Source: an archaeon | GTDB taxonomy: Archaea > Thermoproteota > Nitrososphaeria > Nitrososphaerales > JACAEJ01 | Reading direction: 5' to 3' | DNA: 50,587 nt | Assembly (NCBI GenBank): GCA_024256285.1 | Contig: JACGUG010000006.1 | Coordinates: 1 to 50,587, forward strand | Part shown: positions 34,763 to 44,617 of the stretch, in pieces | How positions within the stretch are numbered: position 1 is the first letter of the stretch | Layout: every line of letters starts with the position of its first letter | Notes under the pieces: generated by a model | What the model was told of the DNA's origin: nothing | Database searches by the model: none | The model's input: only the letters and a program-made list of their open reading frames with translations | Translations under genes and position numbers: made by a program

Positions 34763-34844
34763 TTTCCATTCTCCTTCATATTTAACATTTTGATTTCATT
34801 CATCAAACTTCATAGGTATCTTCAGCCTAAAGTTAAACTTTTCG

Positions 34845-35425
34845 TCGACTCTCTCGCTTGATGGGGGTCGATTCCCTCTCTTCCTCATAAGCGCCTACCT
34901 TATCTATGTCTTCTATCTCGTCAAGAGTGAGTTAAAAATCACTGTTGATAGGGAGCCTGCTAAAACGGGTATATGCTGCGGTGGAGACATAGCACTTACA
35001 TCGACCTTATGCTACTCAGAGCCGGTATTGGCTCGATCATCTTGGCATCCTGATCGTTGTGGATAGTGCTGTAGCCTTGTTGGAGTTTTTGCACATACCT
35101 CAATCGACGATAGGTTTCGTGATGATAGGATTAGGAATGGGTTGCCCGAACTTGTAGTATCTTGAATGTAGTAAGAAAGGGAAGCAGAGAGCTCTCGGTG
35201 GGAAACCTCATTGGCAGCAACGTTACAGATATACTCTTTTCGACGGGCATTGGCTCCATCATCTCTGGATTTATTTTAGATAGACAAAAACACTCTACTT
35301 TTCGATATCCCATCAGCTATCTTTGCTACTCTAACCTTTTTGCTCCTACTGAGGATAAGACGTAGACTCGACAGAAAATCCGGGCGTCTCTTCTTTTATA
35401 TACTTGGTATATTCAGGTCTGAAAT
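34845..35425 (+). pseudogene. Na+/Ca2+ exchanger (YrbG-like) relic
   Basis: Broken frames give IVVDSAVALLEFLHIPQSTIGFVMIGLG / LPELVVS / RKGSRELSVGNLIGSNVTDIL, the alpha-repeat of CaCA exchangers. Multiple frameshifts and stops. Confidence 0.8.
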
Positions 35426-35493
35426 CTCTTTCCAATAATTTCTCGTCTCATTCGGACGGTTGGTATATAAACTCTGTTCTCAATGTAGGTTGT

Positions 35494-36762
35494 GTGATTT
35501 CTTTGAGAAGGGAGATCGGCCTCTTCGAGGTAACCATGTGGGGTGTGGGAATAATTCTGGGAGCTGGGATCTACGTATTGGTAGGGGAAGCAGCCGGTAT
35601 AGCGGGAAACTCTGTCTGGCTTTCATTCATATTGGGTGCCGCGATTGCCTCTCTAACAGGCCTGAGCTATGCCGAGCTTTCATCGATGTTTCCGAGGGAG
35701 GCTGCAGAGTACATCTATGTCAAGACTGCTTGTAAGTGTGAAATCTTGGCCTTCACCACCGGCTGGCTGATAATCTTGACTGGCATGATATCTGTTTCTG
35801 CTGTGGCTCTGGGCTTTGCCGGCTATTTCCAAGGCCTCTTTAGCTTCCCTATAATTCCAATCGCCGTGGTTCTAATAGCTTTGCTATCGTATATCAACTT
35901 CTCCGGGATAAAAGAGTCGACGAGAATGAATATACTCTTCACTTTTGTGGAGATGTTTGGGTTGATCCTCATAATCTTGATAGGTGCAAGAAGCCTAGGT
36001 AAAGTCGATCTTCTAGAGGCGCCCAACGGTCTACCCGGCATCTTATCGGCCTCGGCTCTGATATTCTTCGCCTATCTGGGCTTCGAGGACATCGTCAACA
36101 TAGCCGAAGAGACCAGAAATCCAGAAAAGATAATTCCAAAAGCGTTGATTTTCTCAATCCTAATAACAACATGCCTCTACGTCCTAGTGGTCTCAGCCAC
36201 TGTTAGCTTGGCTGACTGGAGGGATCTCGGTGGAACTGGTTCGCCTCTTGCCTTCGCAGCTTCTAAGGCTCTGGGTGAAAATGCGTTCACTATCATATCT
36301 CTGATAGCCCTATTTGCCACTAGCAATACAGTTTTGATCATGTTGGTTGTGGGCTCTAGGATGATCTACGGCATGGCGAGGGAAGGTGCTTTGCCAGGGA
36401 TCCTCTCAAGAATCGACCTCAAAAGGGGCACCCCATCGCTGGCAGTTCTCGCCATGATGCTCTCTTCCATCATCTTTGTCTTCTTGGGTGACCTAGAGTT
36501 CGTGGCCAACTTAACGAGTTTTGGGGCCTTCATCACCTTCGCCTTCGTTAACATTTCTTTGATACATCTAAGATATAGGGCACCAGAGTTGAAGAGACCT
36601 TTTAAGGTTCCATTGAACATAGGGAGATTTTCGGTAACCGCTTTCCTAGGTCTTCTATCCTGCCTTTTCATGATTCTACAGTTCGATATCACTGTGATCC
36701 TATTGGGATCTCTCTTAATAGTTGGGGGTGTCATTCTACACAGACTTCTAAAGACGAGATAG
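35494..36762 (+). CDS. APC-family amino acid permease
   Basis: LRREIG, GIILGAGIY, SYAELSSMFP, FFAYLGFEDIVNIAEE and RPFKVP motifs, with about 12 TM helices. The GTG at 35494 is the preferred start. Confidence 0.93.
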   Translation: MISLRREIGLFEVTMWGVGIILGAGIYVLVGEAAGIAGNSVWLSFILGAAIASLTGLSYAELSSMFPREAAEYIYVKTACKCEILAFTTGWLIILTGMISVSAVALGFAGYFQGLFSFPIIPIAVVLIALLSYINFSGIKESTRMNILFTFVEMFGLILIILIGARSLGKVDLLEAPNGLPGILSASALIFFAYLGFEDIVNIAEETRNPEKIIPKALIFSILITTCLYVLVVSATVSLADWRDLGGTGSPLAFAASKALGENAFTIISLIALFATSNTVLIMLVVGSRMIYGMAREGALPGILSRIDLKRGTPSLAVLAMMLSSIIFVFLGDLEFVANLTSFGAFITFAFVNISLIHLRYRAPELKRPFKVPLNIGRFSVTAFLGLLSCLFMILQFDITVILLGSLLIVGGVILHRLLKTR

Positions 36763-36779
36763 TATAGTTCCCAAGTTCG

Positions 36780-37225
36780 AGGTTAACTCATTCTTGCCGT
36801 GTTGTGAAGAAGAAAGGCCGTGGTTCTACAAGAAGTTAGGTATGGTATGGTTCCAATAGTAAACAAGTACGCTCCACTTAACCCCTATCCAAGGCAAGGG
36901 CGAGTCTGAGGCAATAACCATCGCCAGAACGGTAGATACTCTGGCTATATCGTCTTGTTAGATTTAAGGGGGATTACAAACTGCTCAATAAAGGTATAAA
37001 CCTTCCTATTCTATCCAACTTCTATAATATACCTAGTAGCATCGAAGCCATCCTACTGACCAAGAAGGTTGCTCCGTCTGACCCTAGCCCTATGAGTATC
37101 ATCTCTAACATCTTCCTCTTTACAGGAAGATTCGCTGAAATAGATATCTATCCCTAGATGTCTATTGAGTTGGGAGAATGGTATAAATTCCCCCAGAGCA
37201 TTACGTCTATCCAGACTTTCAAGAC
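36780..37225 (-). pseudogene. Heavily degraded gene relic, possibly of the amidohydrolase family
   Basis: Fragments in several frames (LKVWID.., MLEMIL/RARV/DGATFLV, GFDATRYIIE, DRIGRFIPL) echo the amidohydrolase N-terminal pattern. Confidence 0.3.
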
Positions 37226-37272
37226 TTACCTCTAAGCGCTTTCATACAAATTAACTCTTTTAATTTAACGTG

Positions 37273-38163
37273 TTATAATATTGGAGGAACCAATCCCTGT
37301 AATTGGTAAATTCCTCTTACGATCAGCCTAAATCCTATTAAAAAGTAGACTATTGCGAGCAATACCTCGAATTTTTTAGGGGAAGTTCGATATGCGAGCC
37401 TTGGACCTACTTGAGCCAATAACACACTGGCAACACCGATTCCAAGGAAGGCTGTTAAATTGAGCCATCCAAAGGTTAATGGAGGGTAGTCGATTGCATG
37501 TTGCATCTGATCTATACGCCCAAGTAAACCGAATGATAAGGTACCAACTGAAGAGCCTATCACCATCGCGGCGAGGGATATTCCAACTGCTAAGAGAGCT
37601 GGCACACCCAAAAGAGTGTTCAAGACTGGTACGTACACTATTCCTCCACCACTTCCAATGAAATGGGCAAAAATTCCAGAGAATAGACCGCTTGCTGCAT
37701 ATTTCGGCACCGACGGGGCGGTTAGTTCTTTTACAATCATCGGCTTAGCCTTCATGAGCCTATATGCACCGAAGAAACAGAACGTTCCAAAGATGATCTC
37801 CAGAACTATTCCTGCCTCAACCCGAAAGGATGTGAAAAACATGAAAACCAATAGAGCACCGATGAAACTTCCAACGCCGACAGGGATTCCAAAGCTCAGA
37901 TAGTGCCTAACTGGAAACTTCATGTTCTTTATCTTTAACTCCTTTCTGTGCCTAAGTGCTCCGCTAAAGCTTGTTAGAACCACTATCGTCATATTCGTCC
38001 CAAAGGCTATCAATGTGGCAAGGCTTGGAGACACCCCCATGAAGGTCTCGAAGATGTAGATCGTAACGGGAACAGTTATGAAGCTTCCACCCACACCAAA
38101 GAAGGAGCTCACCAACCCGACTACTGCACCAGTTATGAGCATGATTATGAGCATTTCGATCAT
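37273..38163 (-). CDS. TauE/SafE-family sulfite exporter
   Basis: Duplicated motif GVGGSFITVP / GSGGGIVYVP. Highly hydrophobic. Confidence 0.9.
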   Translation of the reverse strand: MIEMLIIMLITGAVVGLVSSFFGVGGSFITVPVTIYIFETFMGVSPSLATLIAFGTNMTIVVLTSFSGALRHRKELKIKNMKFPVRHYLSFGIPVGVGSFIGALLVFMFFTSFRVEAGIVLEIIFGTFCFFGAYRLMKAKPMIVKELTAPSVPKYAASGLFSGIFAHFIGSGGGIVYVPVLNTLLGVPALLAVGISLAAMVIGSSVGTLSFGLLGRIDQMQHAIDYPPLTFGWLNLTAFLGIGVASVLLAQVGPRLAYRTSPKKFEVLLAIVYFLIGFRLIVRGIYQLQGLVPPIL

Positions 38164-38263
38164 GATGGTATCACCTACTTAGAATATGGAGCTCTGATAG
38201 AATTTTCTCCAAATAATCAACCAAGTTTCAGTTAGGCTTATCACTTTTGAAGTCATTTTATAT

Positions 38264-39013
38264 CTAGAATTCTATGGTCTTACCTACTCCAACCTTGATG
38301 AGGTCTTCTGCGAACGCTTGCTTGAACATCGTTTTCACAAGGTCTCCGCTACAGTGACATGGAGCAACCTTCTCAACGCCTAAGTCTTGAAACTGATGGA
38401 TGACAGATGTAATGCTGTCCCGAGAAGTAGTTTCGATATGGTAGCCTCCAATTACAAGGTGTATTACCATCTTGGTCAACTCTTTGGCCTTTTTGATGAT
38501 CCTTATAATACCAGGATGAGAGCAACCCGTAATAACTACAAGACCCATCAGTGTGTTTACTAGAAGAGACTGCTCCTTTATAGCTACTCCAAGCTCTCCA
38601 GTTGAAGCTACACCATCGAATATCTTGATAGCATCTCTAACTTCGATAACTTCACATCCATAACTCTGTATCTCTCTTTTAAAACCACTCGGAAAACTGG
38701 AAGGTACATAAACCTTAAAATGATCATCTGAACGTATGACCCCCATCAATCCTCCGGCATGATCTCCATGTAGATGGGAGAGAACTATCACTTCGATCTT
38801 CTTCACGTCTATGTTAAGCTTAGCCATATTATAAAGCAAGGTTTTAGCATCTTCACCTGTGTCAAAAAGGATGTTGAATCCGTTTACGTTGACAAGGCAG
38901 CCAAATCCCCATGCAACCTTCAAACGATCATCGAACCTGTTGTTGTCGTAAACTATCAGAAACTTAGCTTTACTCACTGTTTCCATTTGTATCATTCTCC
39001 ATGGGGTAGGCAT
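38264..39013 (-). CDS. MBL-fold metallo-hydrolase (COG1237-like)
   Basis: LFDTG, SHLHGDHAGG, EQSL, TGCSHPG, GGYH and PCHCSG motifs. Confidence 0.9.
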   Translation of the reverse strand: MPTPWRMIQMETVSKAKFLIVYDNNRFDDRLKVAWGFGCLVNVNGFNILFDTGEDAKTLLYNMAKLNIDVKKIEVIVLSHLHGDHAGGLMGVIRSDDHFKVYVPSSFPSGFKREIQSYGCEVIEVRDAIKIFDGVASTGELGVAIKEQSLLVNTLMGLVVITGCSHPGIIRIIKKAKELTKMVIHLVIGGYHIETTSRDSITSVIHQFQDLGVEKVAPCHCSGDLVKTMFKQAFAEDLIKVGVGKTIEF

Positions 39014-39077
39014 TACCCTCTTATATACTGATAAATAATGTCAATAGGTTGCTCTAAACATTTGAATGTCTCCTGAA

Positions 39078-39923
39078 TTAGTCTAGAGTAAGATGTGTTT
39101 CTCCTTTCTTAAGAAAGTCTTCAATTTTATCTACTATCTCTACGAACGCTTTTGCGGCTGGGGAGTCTGAATGTTCGATAATGAAAGGAGAGCCTTGATC
39201 AGAACCTTCGCATATCCGTGGATCGAGGGGGATCCTCCCGAGAAAAGGGACGTCAAGGTCGTCTGATATCTTCTGACCTCCACCAACCTTGAAGATGTTC
39301 GTCTCAGCACCACACTTTGGGCAGACAAAACCGCTCATGTTTTCTATGATCCCTATTATCGGCGAATTTAGTTTACGGGTGAAAGTAACTGCCTTTTTGA
39401 CAACTATCTGAGAAACCTCAGAAGGGATGGTGATTATAATGACACCATCTATATCTGGTATGAGTTGCATTATGCTGAGGGCTTCATCACCTGTTCCAGG
39501 TGGAAGATCGATGAGGAGAAATTCAAGTTCACCCCAGACCACATCAGCCAGAAACTGCTTTATGGCTACAGATTTCAGTGGACCACGCCAGATTATAGGT
39601 GTCTCATCAGATTGGAGGAGAAAGTCCATCGATACGATCTTTATTCCTAGAGGCCCTGTTGCTGGGAAAATTCCCGGTGGACCGGCTCTTAACTGTTGCT
39701 TTCTCGCTCCAAGCATCTTTGGTATGCTAGGCCCTGTGATGTCTGCATCTAGGATGCCCACCAGATTTGGTCGACCCTTCCGTGCCAAAGCGACAGCCAA
39801 GTTAGCGGCTACAGTACTCTTGCCAACTCCACCTTTACCGCTGAGCACAACTATCTTATGCTTGATCTTGGCCATCCAAGCGTTTATACGATGCTCCTGT
39901 TCATCCTTACCTCTGTTTTGCAT
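39078..39923 (-). CDS. Mrp/NBP35 (ApbC) Fe-S cluster carrier ATPase
   Basis: SGKGGVGKST, DADITGPS, WRGP, DLPPGTGD and ENMSGFVCPKC motifs. Confidence 0.96.
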   Translation of the reverse strand: MQNRGKDEQEHRINAWMAKIKHKIVVLSGKGGVGKSTVAANLAVALARKGRPNLVGILDADITGPSIPKMLGARKQQLRAGPPGIFPATGPLGIKIVSMDFLLQSDETPIIWRGPLKSVAIKQFLADVVWGELEFLLIDLPPGTGDEALSIMQLIPDIDGVIIITIPSEVSQIVVKKAVTFTRKLNSPIIGIIENMSGFVCPKCGAETNIFKVGGGQKISDDLDVPFLGRIPLDPRICEGSDQGSPFIIEHSDSPAAKAFVEIVDKIEDFLKKGETHLTLD

Positions 39924-40160
39924 AGATCACTCACACCATCTTCTTTATTATTAGTTCTTCGGTTCTCCTTGTATTGATATCTTACAAATTTTAGGCTGAT
40001 CTGCGGGCTCAAGATGTCGGATACCACTGATATTTCCCTTCGCCACGCTACCCCTATAATATGTGCAAAAACACAAATATATATATTTTTCATATATATA
40101 AAATTTCCTGAAAAATCTATCCTTACATCAACTCATATAAGTCTCTGCTCTATTAATTAA

Positions 40161-40562
40161 GTGGAGTGGTGGGAAAGTTTGGGATGTGGCTGGCGATGGA
40201 GACGAAGAGGAGGACGAGGACGACCTATGAAGCCCAGAATGATCGGAAGGATGCCTGACATAAGATGTTTCTTGCCAGTAACCTCTGACGGTGTTTTATT
40301 AATTTCAAAAAAGGATGTAATAACGATGACATTCGATGAATTAGAGGCTCTTCGCCTTGTCGATTATAAAGGATTGTTACAGGAAGAGGCTGCTAAAAAG
40401 ATGGGTGTCTCAAGGGGAACTCTGTGGAGGTGTTTGGATAGTGCCCGGAAAAAAGTGGCATCGATGCTCGCAGAAGGAAGAGAACTTGTTATAATCTCAG
40501 GCGAGGTTTATCCTTTAAATGAGAAGGATAATAAAGACCGATTGTTAGAAGTTAAAGAATGA
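40161..40562 (+). CDS. DUF134 (UPF0251) HTH DNA-binding protein
   Basis: RGRPMKPR and DELEALRLVDYKGLLQEEAAKKMGVSRGTLWRCLDSARKKVA motifs. Confidence 0.92.
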   Translation: MEWWESLGCGWRWRRRGGRGRPMKPRMIGRMPDIRCFLPVTSDGVLLISKKDVITMTFDELEALRLVDYKGLLQEEAAKKMGVSRGTLWRCLDSARKKVASMLAEGRELVIISGEVYPLNEKDNKDRLLEVKE

Positions 40563-40638
40563 GTTTTGATGTAGATATTTTTTAAATATGCATAATATAA
40601 TATTGTGCATATGTACATATTAATTGGGTGATGTAGAC

Positions 40639-40965
40639 ATGGGTTGGAGAGGATGGGGTCGGTTTGGTAGAGGTCGTGGAGGTTGGTCGAGACCATGGCC
40701 AAGAAGAGGACCGTTCAGCTATCTGCCGCCTTGGTACAGACCAGGATGGTTCGGTAGAGGTAGGGGACTTGGTCGTGGAATGGGCATGAAACGAGGCATG
40801 TAAGAATTTCCTCCAACACCTTTCTCCCAAAAACCCATGAGAGCACCGATGGCGCCAACTCTTTCAATGTTGAAGGAAAAGAGATTTTATTGTTAAAGAA
40901 TCAGATGGAAAGTTTGCAACAACAGCTGAAGCAGATAGAGAAGAGAATTGAAGGACTGGGAGAAT
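40639..40965 (+). pseudogene. DUF5320-like Gly/Arg/Trp-rich protein, interrupted
   Basis: ATG at 40639 gives MGWRGWGRFGRGRGGWSRPWPRRGPFSYLPPWYRPGW...GM* (TAA 40801). The coiled-coil tail KEILLLKNQMESLQQQLKQIEKRIEGL lies downstream in another frame. Confidence 0.7.
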
Positions 40966-41156
40966 CACCTCTGGCTAGTATAATTAAGTCGAATTATGAT
41001 CCTAGAACATTTGCCCTAAATCAGGATCAAGCTTTTTTCCATACCCCTCAGCGCTGAACTTAGCGCCTTCCAGTCCTAATTTGGGGCGATAAGATAGTAA
41101 TAAACACCCTTAAAGCAAATATATTAAAGGACGATTATATCCCTTGAGATTAAAGG

Positions 41157-42371
41157 TTGTCAAATAATATCCTTGCCCCCATTACAATATTTGGCTTAAG
41201 TACGGAAGGGTATAGGATTGCTTCTTCACTATCCTTTTTTGACATGCAGACCACTCTAGTAGATGAAAACCTGAACGTTGGCATGCAGTTGAAAAATAAA
41301 ATCCTCGCCAGATTTGATTCGGTCGCAGCACTTCTTGAAGATGAGCCCTTGCTAGGTCTCGAATCGATGGAAGATGCGATAGGCAAGGCAAAATGCATCT
41401 TCTTCGCCCCTAAGATAAGGACTCATGGTATAGAAGGCAAGTCTACGATCAGCTTAAGGCTGAAGAGCGTAGTGAAACATCTCTCAAAAGGGGTGGTCTT
41501 TGTAAACATGTTGCCGATGAGTTATGGAGGCAATAGAGAGAGCATATCGTTGATAGAAAAGCTGACTGGACTAGATTTAGGTGTGGACTTCGATTACATA
41601 TATGCTCCACTAACTCCAAGAACCAATAAACCTGTCTTAATAGGGTCGAGCAGAATGGATTTAGATGAAGCCGTTATCGGGACTCTCAGATCGGCTCTGA
41701 TCGATGTACCCGATATCCTCCCCCTTTACTTGGCTGAGTGGCTCTATTCCAAGCACATAATAAGAAAGTACAGTTCTATAGCGACAGAATTAGAGTTGTA
41801 TAAAAAGTTAAGCAGATTAGAGGATTTGGGACTTCTGAAGGGTTTTAAAGATAGTCACGAGGAGGTCTATCTGGAGACGGTAAGTGAGAACCTATTCGAT
41901 ATAAAAGTGATCACAGAAACCTTGAAGAGTGGTGAGCCGTTGTGGTATACGATGTCGGGCATACTGAAAAGTCTGGAAGGCTATATCAAATACGTTGTAA
42001 ACAGGGTTCGTACCATATTAAAAGAGAAGGGTCTTAAAGCGGGCAGGGCAAGGATTTTGGTGGCGTGGTCCATCGATCCTTTTGAGATGAGGGAGGATAA
42101 GATATCGACCTTTTCTACCCTCATAGAGAAACTTCATGATTGTGTCGGCAGTGTGGTCGCCCTTAACACTATACCTTATCTTCAAGCCCTTTATCCGAGA
42201 TTAGGCGTAAAACGGGGATTGCCTTCTTATGAAGGAAGGGATAACTTAATCTTAGCTTGTTCAAAGGAAGATTTTGAGATAGTATTTGAGAATAGTCAGA
42301 CCGAACCAAGAGTGAGTTCGATCATCGTAAAAGCCAACCTGCCTGTCGAGGTTATAGTGACTCCTGACTAG
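41157..42371 (+). CDS. Divergent nucleotide-sugar-dehydrogenase-like protein
   Basis: Rossmann-like start ITIFGLSTEG, IEKLTGLDLGVDFDYIYAP and RILVAW, with a UDP-glucose/ManNAc dehydrogenase layout but no intact catalytic motifs. Confidence 0.55.
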   Translation: MSNNILAPITIFGLSTEGYRIASSLSFFDMQTTLVDENLNVGMQLKNKILARFDSVAALLEDEPLLGLESMEDAIGKAKCIFFAPKIRTHGIEGKSTISLRLKSVVKHLSKGVVFVNMLPMSYGGNRESISLIEKLTGLDLGVDFDYIYAPLTPRTNKPVLIGSSRMDLDEAVIGTLRSALIDVPDILPLYLAEWLYSKHIIRKYSSIATELELYKKLSRLEDLGLLKGFKDSHEEVYLETVSENLFDIKVITETLKSGEPLWYTMSGILKSLEGYIKYVVNRVRTILKEKGLKAGRARILVAWSIDPFEMREDKISTFSTLIEKLHDCVGSVVALNTIPYLQALYPRLGVKRGLPSYEGRDNLILACSKEDFEIVFENSQTEPRVSSIIVKANLPVEVIVTPD

Positions 42372-42387
42372 CCTAGTCTAGCCTAAC

Positions 42388-43008
42388 CTAAAACTCGCCC
42401 TTCTCTAAGGCTTTGATTATCTCTTCTGAACTCATAACCCTGCCGAAGGCTAAGGAAATCGTCTTTAAGGTCGCCTTCTGGGAGTCCTCATCCATAGCAA
42501 AGGTCACATCGCTCCCAAAGACGATCTTGTAATCTCTGAGAAAGGCCGATCTAGCTGTCGATTCACAGCAAATATTCGTCACAACGCCTGAGATCATTAC
42601 TGTATCGACGACCCTTGGACCCTTTATGTTCCGAATAATTATATCAAGGTTCGTACCATAGAAGGCGTCGTAGCGGTGTTTGTAAACTACTATCTCTCCA
42701 GGCTTTGGCCCTATTTCAGAGCGGATTTCGGCGCCCCTGCTCCCTAACCTTAAGCCCCTCTCCTTTAACTCAGGAAACATCAAAACCTCCATTGGATTGA
42801 TCTGGAAGTTCGGGAGGTGCACATGGGCCGCGTATATGACAGGAACTTTGAGCTCCCTGCAAACGTCTATCAGCCTCTTGAGCCTGCTCAAACCTTCTCT
42901 GGCTGCTGGTACTTCAAGGCAACTACCCTCTTCTATGAAGTCATTCTGCATATCTATTATGAGCAATACCGACTTCTCCCTTTCTAGGATGAAGGGTTTA
43001 TGGGCCAT
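42388..43008 (-). CDS. Isochorismatase-family cysteine hydrolase
   Basis: LLIIDMQNDF, KHRYDAFYGT and GVVTNICCESTARSA give the D-K-C triad. Confidence 0.95.
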   Translation of the reverse strand: MAHKPFILEREKSVLLIIDMQNDFIEEGSCLEVPAAREGLSRLKRLIDVCRELKVPVIYAAHVHLPNFQINPMEVLMFPELKERGLRLGSRGAEIRSEIGPKPGEIVVYKHRYDAFYGTNLDIIIRNIKGPRVVDTVMISGVVTNICCESTARSAFLRDYKIVFGSDVTFAMDEDSQKATLKTISLAFGRVMSSEEIIKALEKGEF

Positions 43009-43175
43009 AGCCTAGCCCAATGGTGTAGACCTTAAAACTTTACTGGAGGAATCGATCGATGATAGACCATAGATAGGCTAGAGATGCAAGATATTTCAAG
43101 GAACACAACATCTTCCTCTACGGACTCCTTATTTTATTTAGAAAGATCGAATATGAGTGAATGTAAAATACAGCT

Positions 43176-43231
43176 CAATATGATGAAAGCGATCAGGGGC
43201 AAGAGCATGATGGGAGATTATGCTGATATTG
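43176..43231 (+). ncRNA. Candidate C/D box sRNA
   Basis: Box C ATGATGA (43180-43186), C'-like ATGATGG (43207-43213), box D CTGA (43223-43226) and terminal complementarity CAATA/TATTG. Confidence 0.45.
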
Positions 43232-43256
43232 CAATGAATCTCATTCATTGGTCATT

Positions 43257-44552
43257 TTACCAGACTCGAGGTGAAAGGCGAATCAAGGGCTTTGCCAAGT
43301 GCCTCCTAGCCCTAGGCGGAACTTCGTAGACCCCTAAGGTTATGCCCCTTGGCATCTCTTCAAATCTGACTGCTTCCTTCGAGAGCTTCAGCTTGCAGTT
43401 TTTACACACAAAGCCCTTCCCTTTCCCCGCTGACTTCATCCTCTTGCCACATGATGAACAGACTGGGTTTACCTTCTTCAAAACAGGGCTGAGCTTGACG
43501 ACTTCTATCTTCTCAAGGTTTATGGTCAATGGTAATGATGGCTTTAGCTTGACTCCACCATAGGCTTTGATCACATCACCAACAGTCAATTCCGTGACTG
43601 TCTTCCTGAATTTTCTTGTAGGCTCATAAGCGGCACAGTCTATCCCGCCACTCTCATCTCTTATTCTGAATATCACATGGCCCCCATGTATGATCCTTGG
43701 CTTCTTACAGACTTCTCCCTCGACCACAAAAGAACGGTCTGGTTGCACTTCAGATATCTTTGCATCTCTTATATGCTCATCCGTGGCTTGATTCGTCTTG
43801 TATATCACCCACCTTTCTATAGGCTCGAGGGCTTTTACAAAATTATGAGCTTTCTCTGCTGTCTGGGGACTTTCAGCCCTGATACCATACAAGATCGGGC
43901 AAGGTGTGTGGGGCGTTATCCTTATCTCACCCGTTGCAAGGTCGATATTATCGAAGGTCGCTGGATAAGTCAGTTCGTTCATCTTGAATACGGATTCTCT
44001 ATCGATCTTCCTCTTTGTGCCCCTGTTGTTCGGCACTCTATAAGTTATGAGTTCATAGGTTTTATCTTGCTTTAATTCTTCACCTATTGCTGCTAAAGCG
44101 CCTATGATTCCTCTCCCTATCTTGAACTTGAAAAACTCAGCACCTATCCTCTTCGCCAGATCTTCTGCTTCATCAATGGTCACTATATCCTTAATTACCT
44201 TATTTGAGAAGACCTTTAACTCTTCAGGTATATTGCCACCTTCTAAGAAGACCACGCCTGGATTCGTCGTCTCATGATCTAGCTCTGCCAGTTGCTCTAC
44301 AGTCTCCAAGACCATCTGCTTTATTTTAGGTATAAGCTCAGATCTTGTCTCAACTTCTATTGAGATGGCACAATTTCCCCTAGTCTTCAAGACCCAGTTC
44401 GGATTGAGCCTGATGAGACGTGGATAATCGATTATCTTCACGCCCATCTCCCTGAGTCTATCCACGACTACGGCGCCAACATAGGTGGTGCACATTCCAT
44501 CCTTGGAGTCTGTATCATCAAGGCCTATGTGAAGTACCCGAAGTTTGCTCAA
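43257..44552 (-). CDS. tiaS: tRNA(Ile2)-agmatinylcytidine synthase
   Basis: IGLDDTDS..GMCTTY, RLNPN...KTRGN, GRGIIGALAA, PILYGIRAE, TNQATDEH, OB-fold AAYEPT, a Zn ribbon and RRHLAKP. Confidence 0.97.
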   Translation of the reverse strand: MSKLRVLHIGLDDTDSKDGMCTTYVGAVVVDRLREMGVKIIDYPRLIRLNPNWVLKTRGNCAISIEVETRSELIPKIKQMVLETVEQLAELDHETTNPGVVFLEGGNIPEELKVFSNKVIKDIVTIDEAEDLAKRIGAEFFKFKIGRGIIGALAAIGEELKQDKTYELITYRVPNNRGTKRKIDRESVFKMNELTYPATFDNIDLATGEIRITPHTPCPILYGIRAESPQTAEKAHNFVKALEPIERWVIYKTNQATDEHIRDAKISEVQPDRSFVVEGEVCKKPRIIHGGHVIFRIRDESGGIDCAAYEPTRKFRKTVTELTVGDVIKAYGGVKLKPSLPLTINLEKIEVVKLSPVLKKVNPVCSSCGKRMKSAGKGKGFVCKNCKLKLSKEAVRFEEMPRGITLGVYEVPPRARRHLAKPLIRLSPRVW

Positions 44553-44617
44553 TTAACTATCTAAATAGATGAGGAACATGCTTAAAATTTTATTTGAGCC
44601 ACGTTTTTAGAGTTTAG

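Noticed and set aside
43084-43329. 81-aa ORF
   Set aside because: No motifs, overlaps the tiaS 3' end antisense, and is better explained as intergenic sequence or an sRNA.
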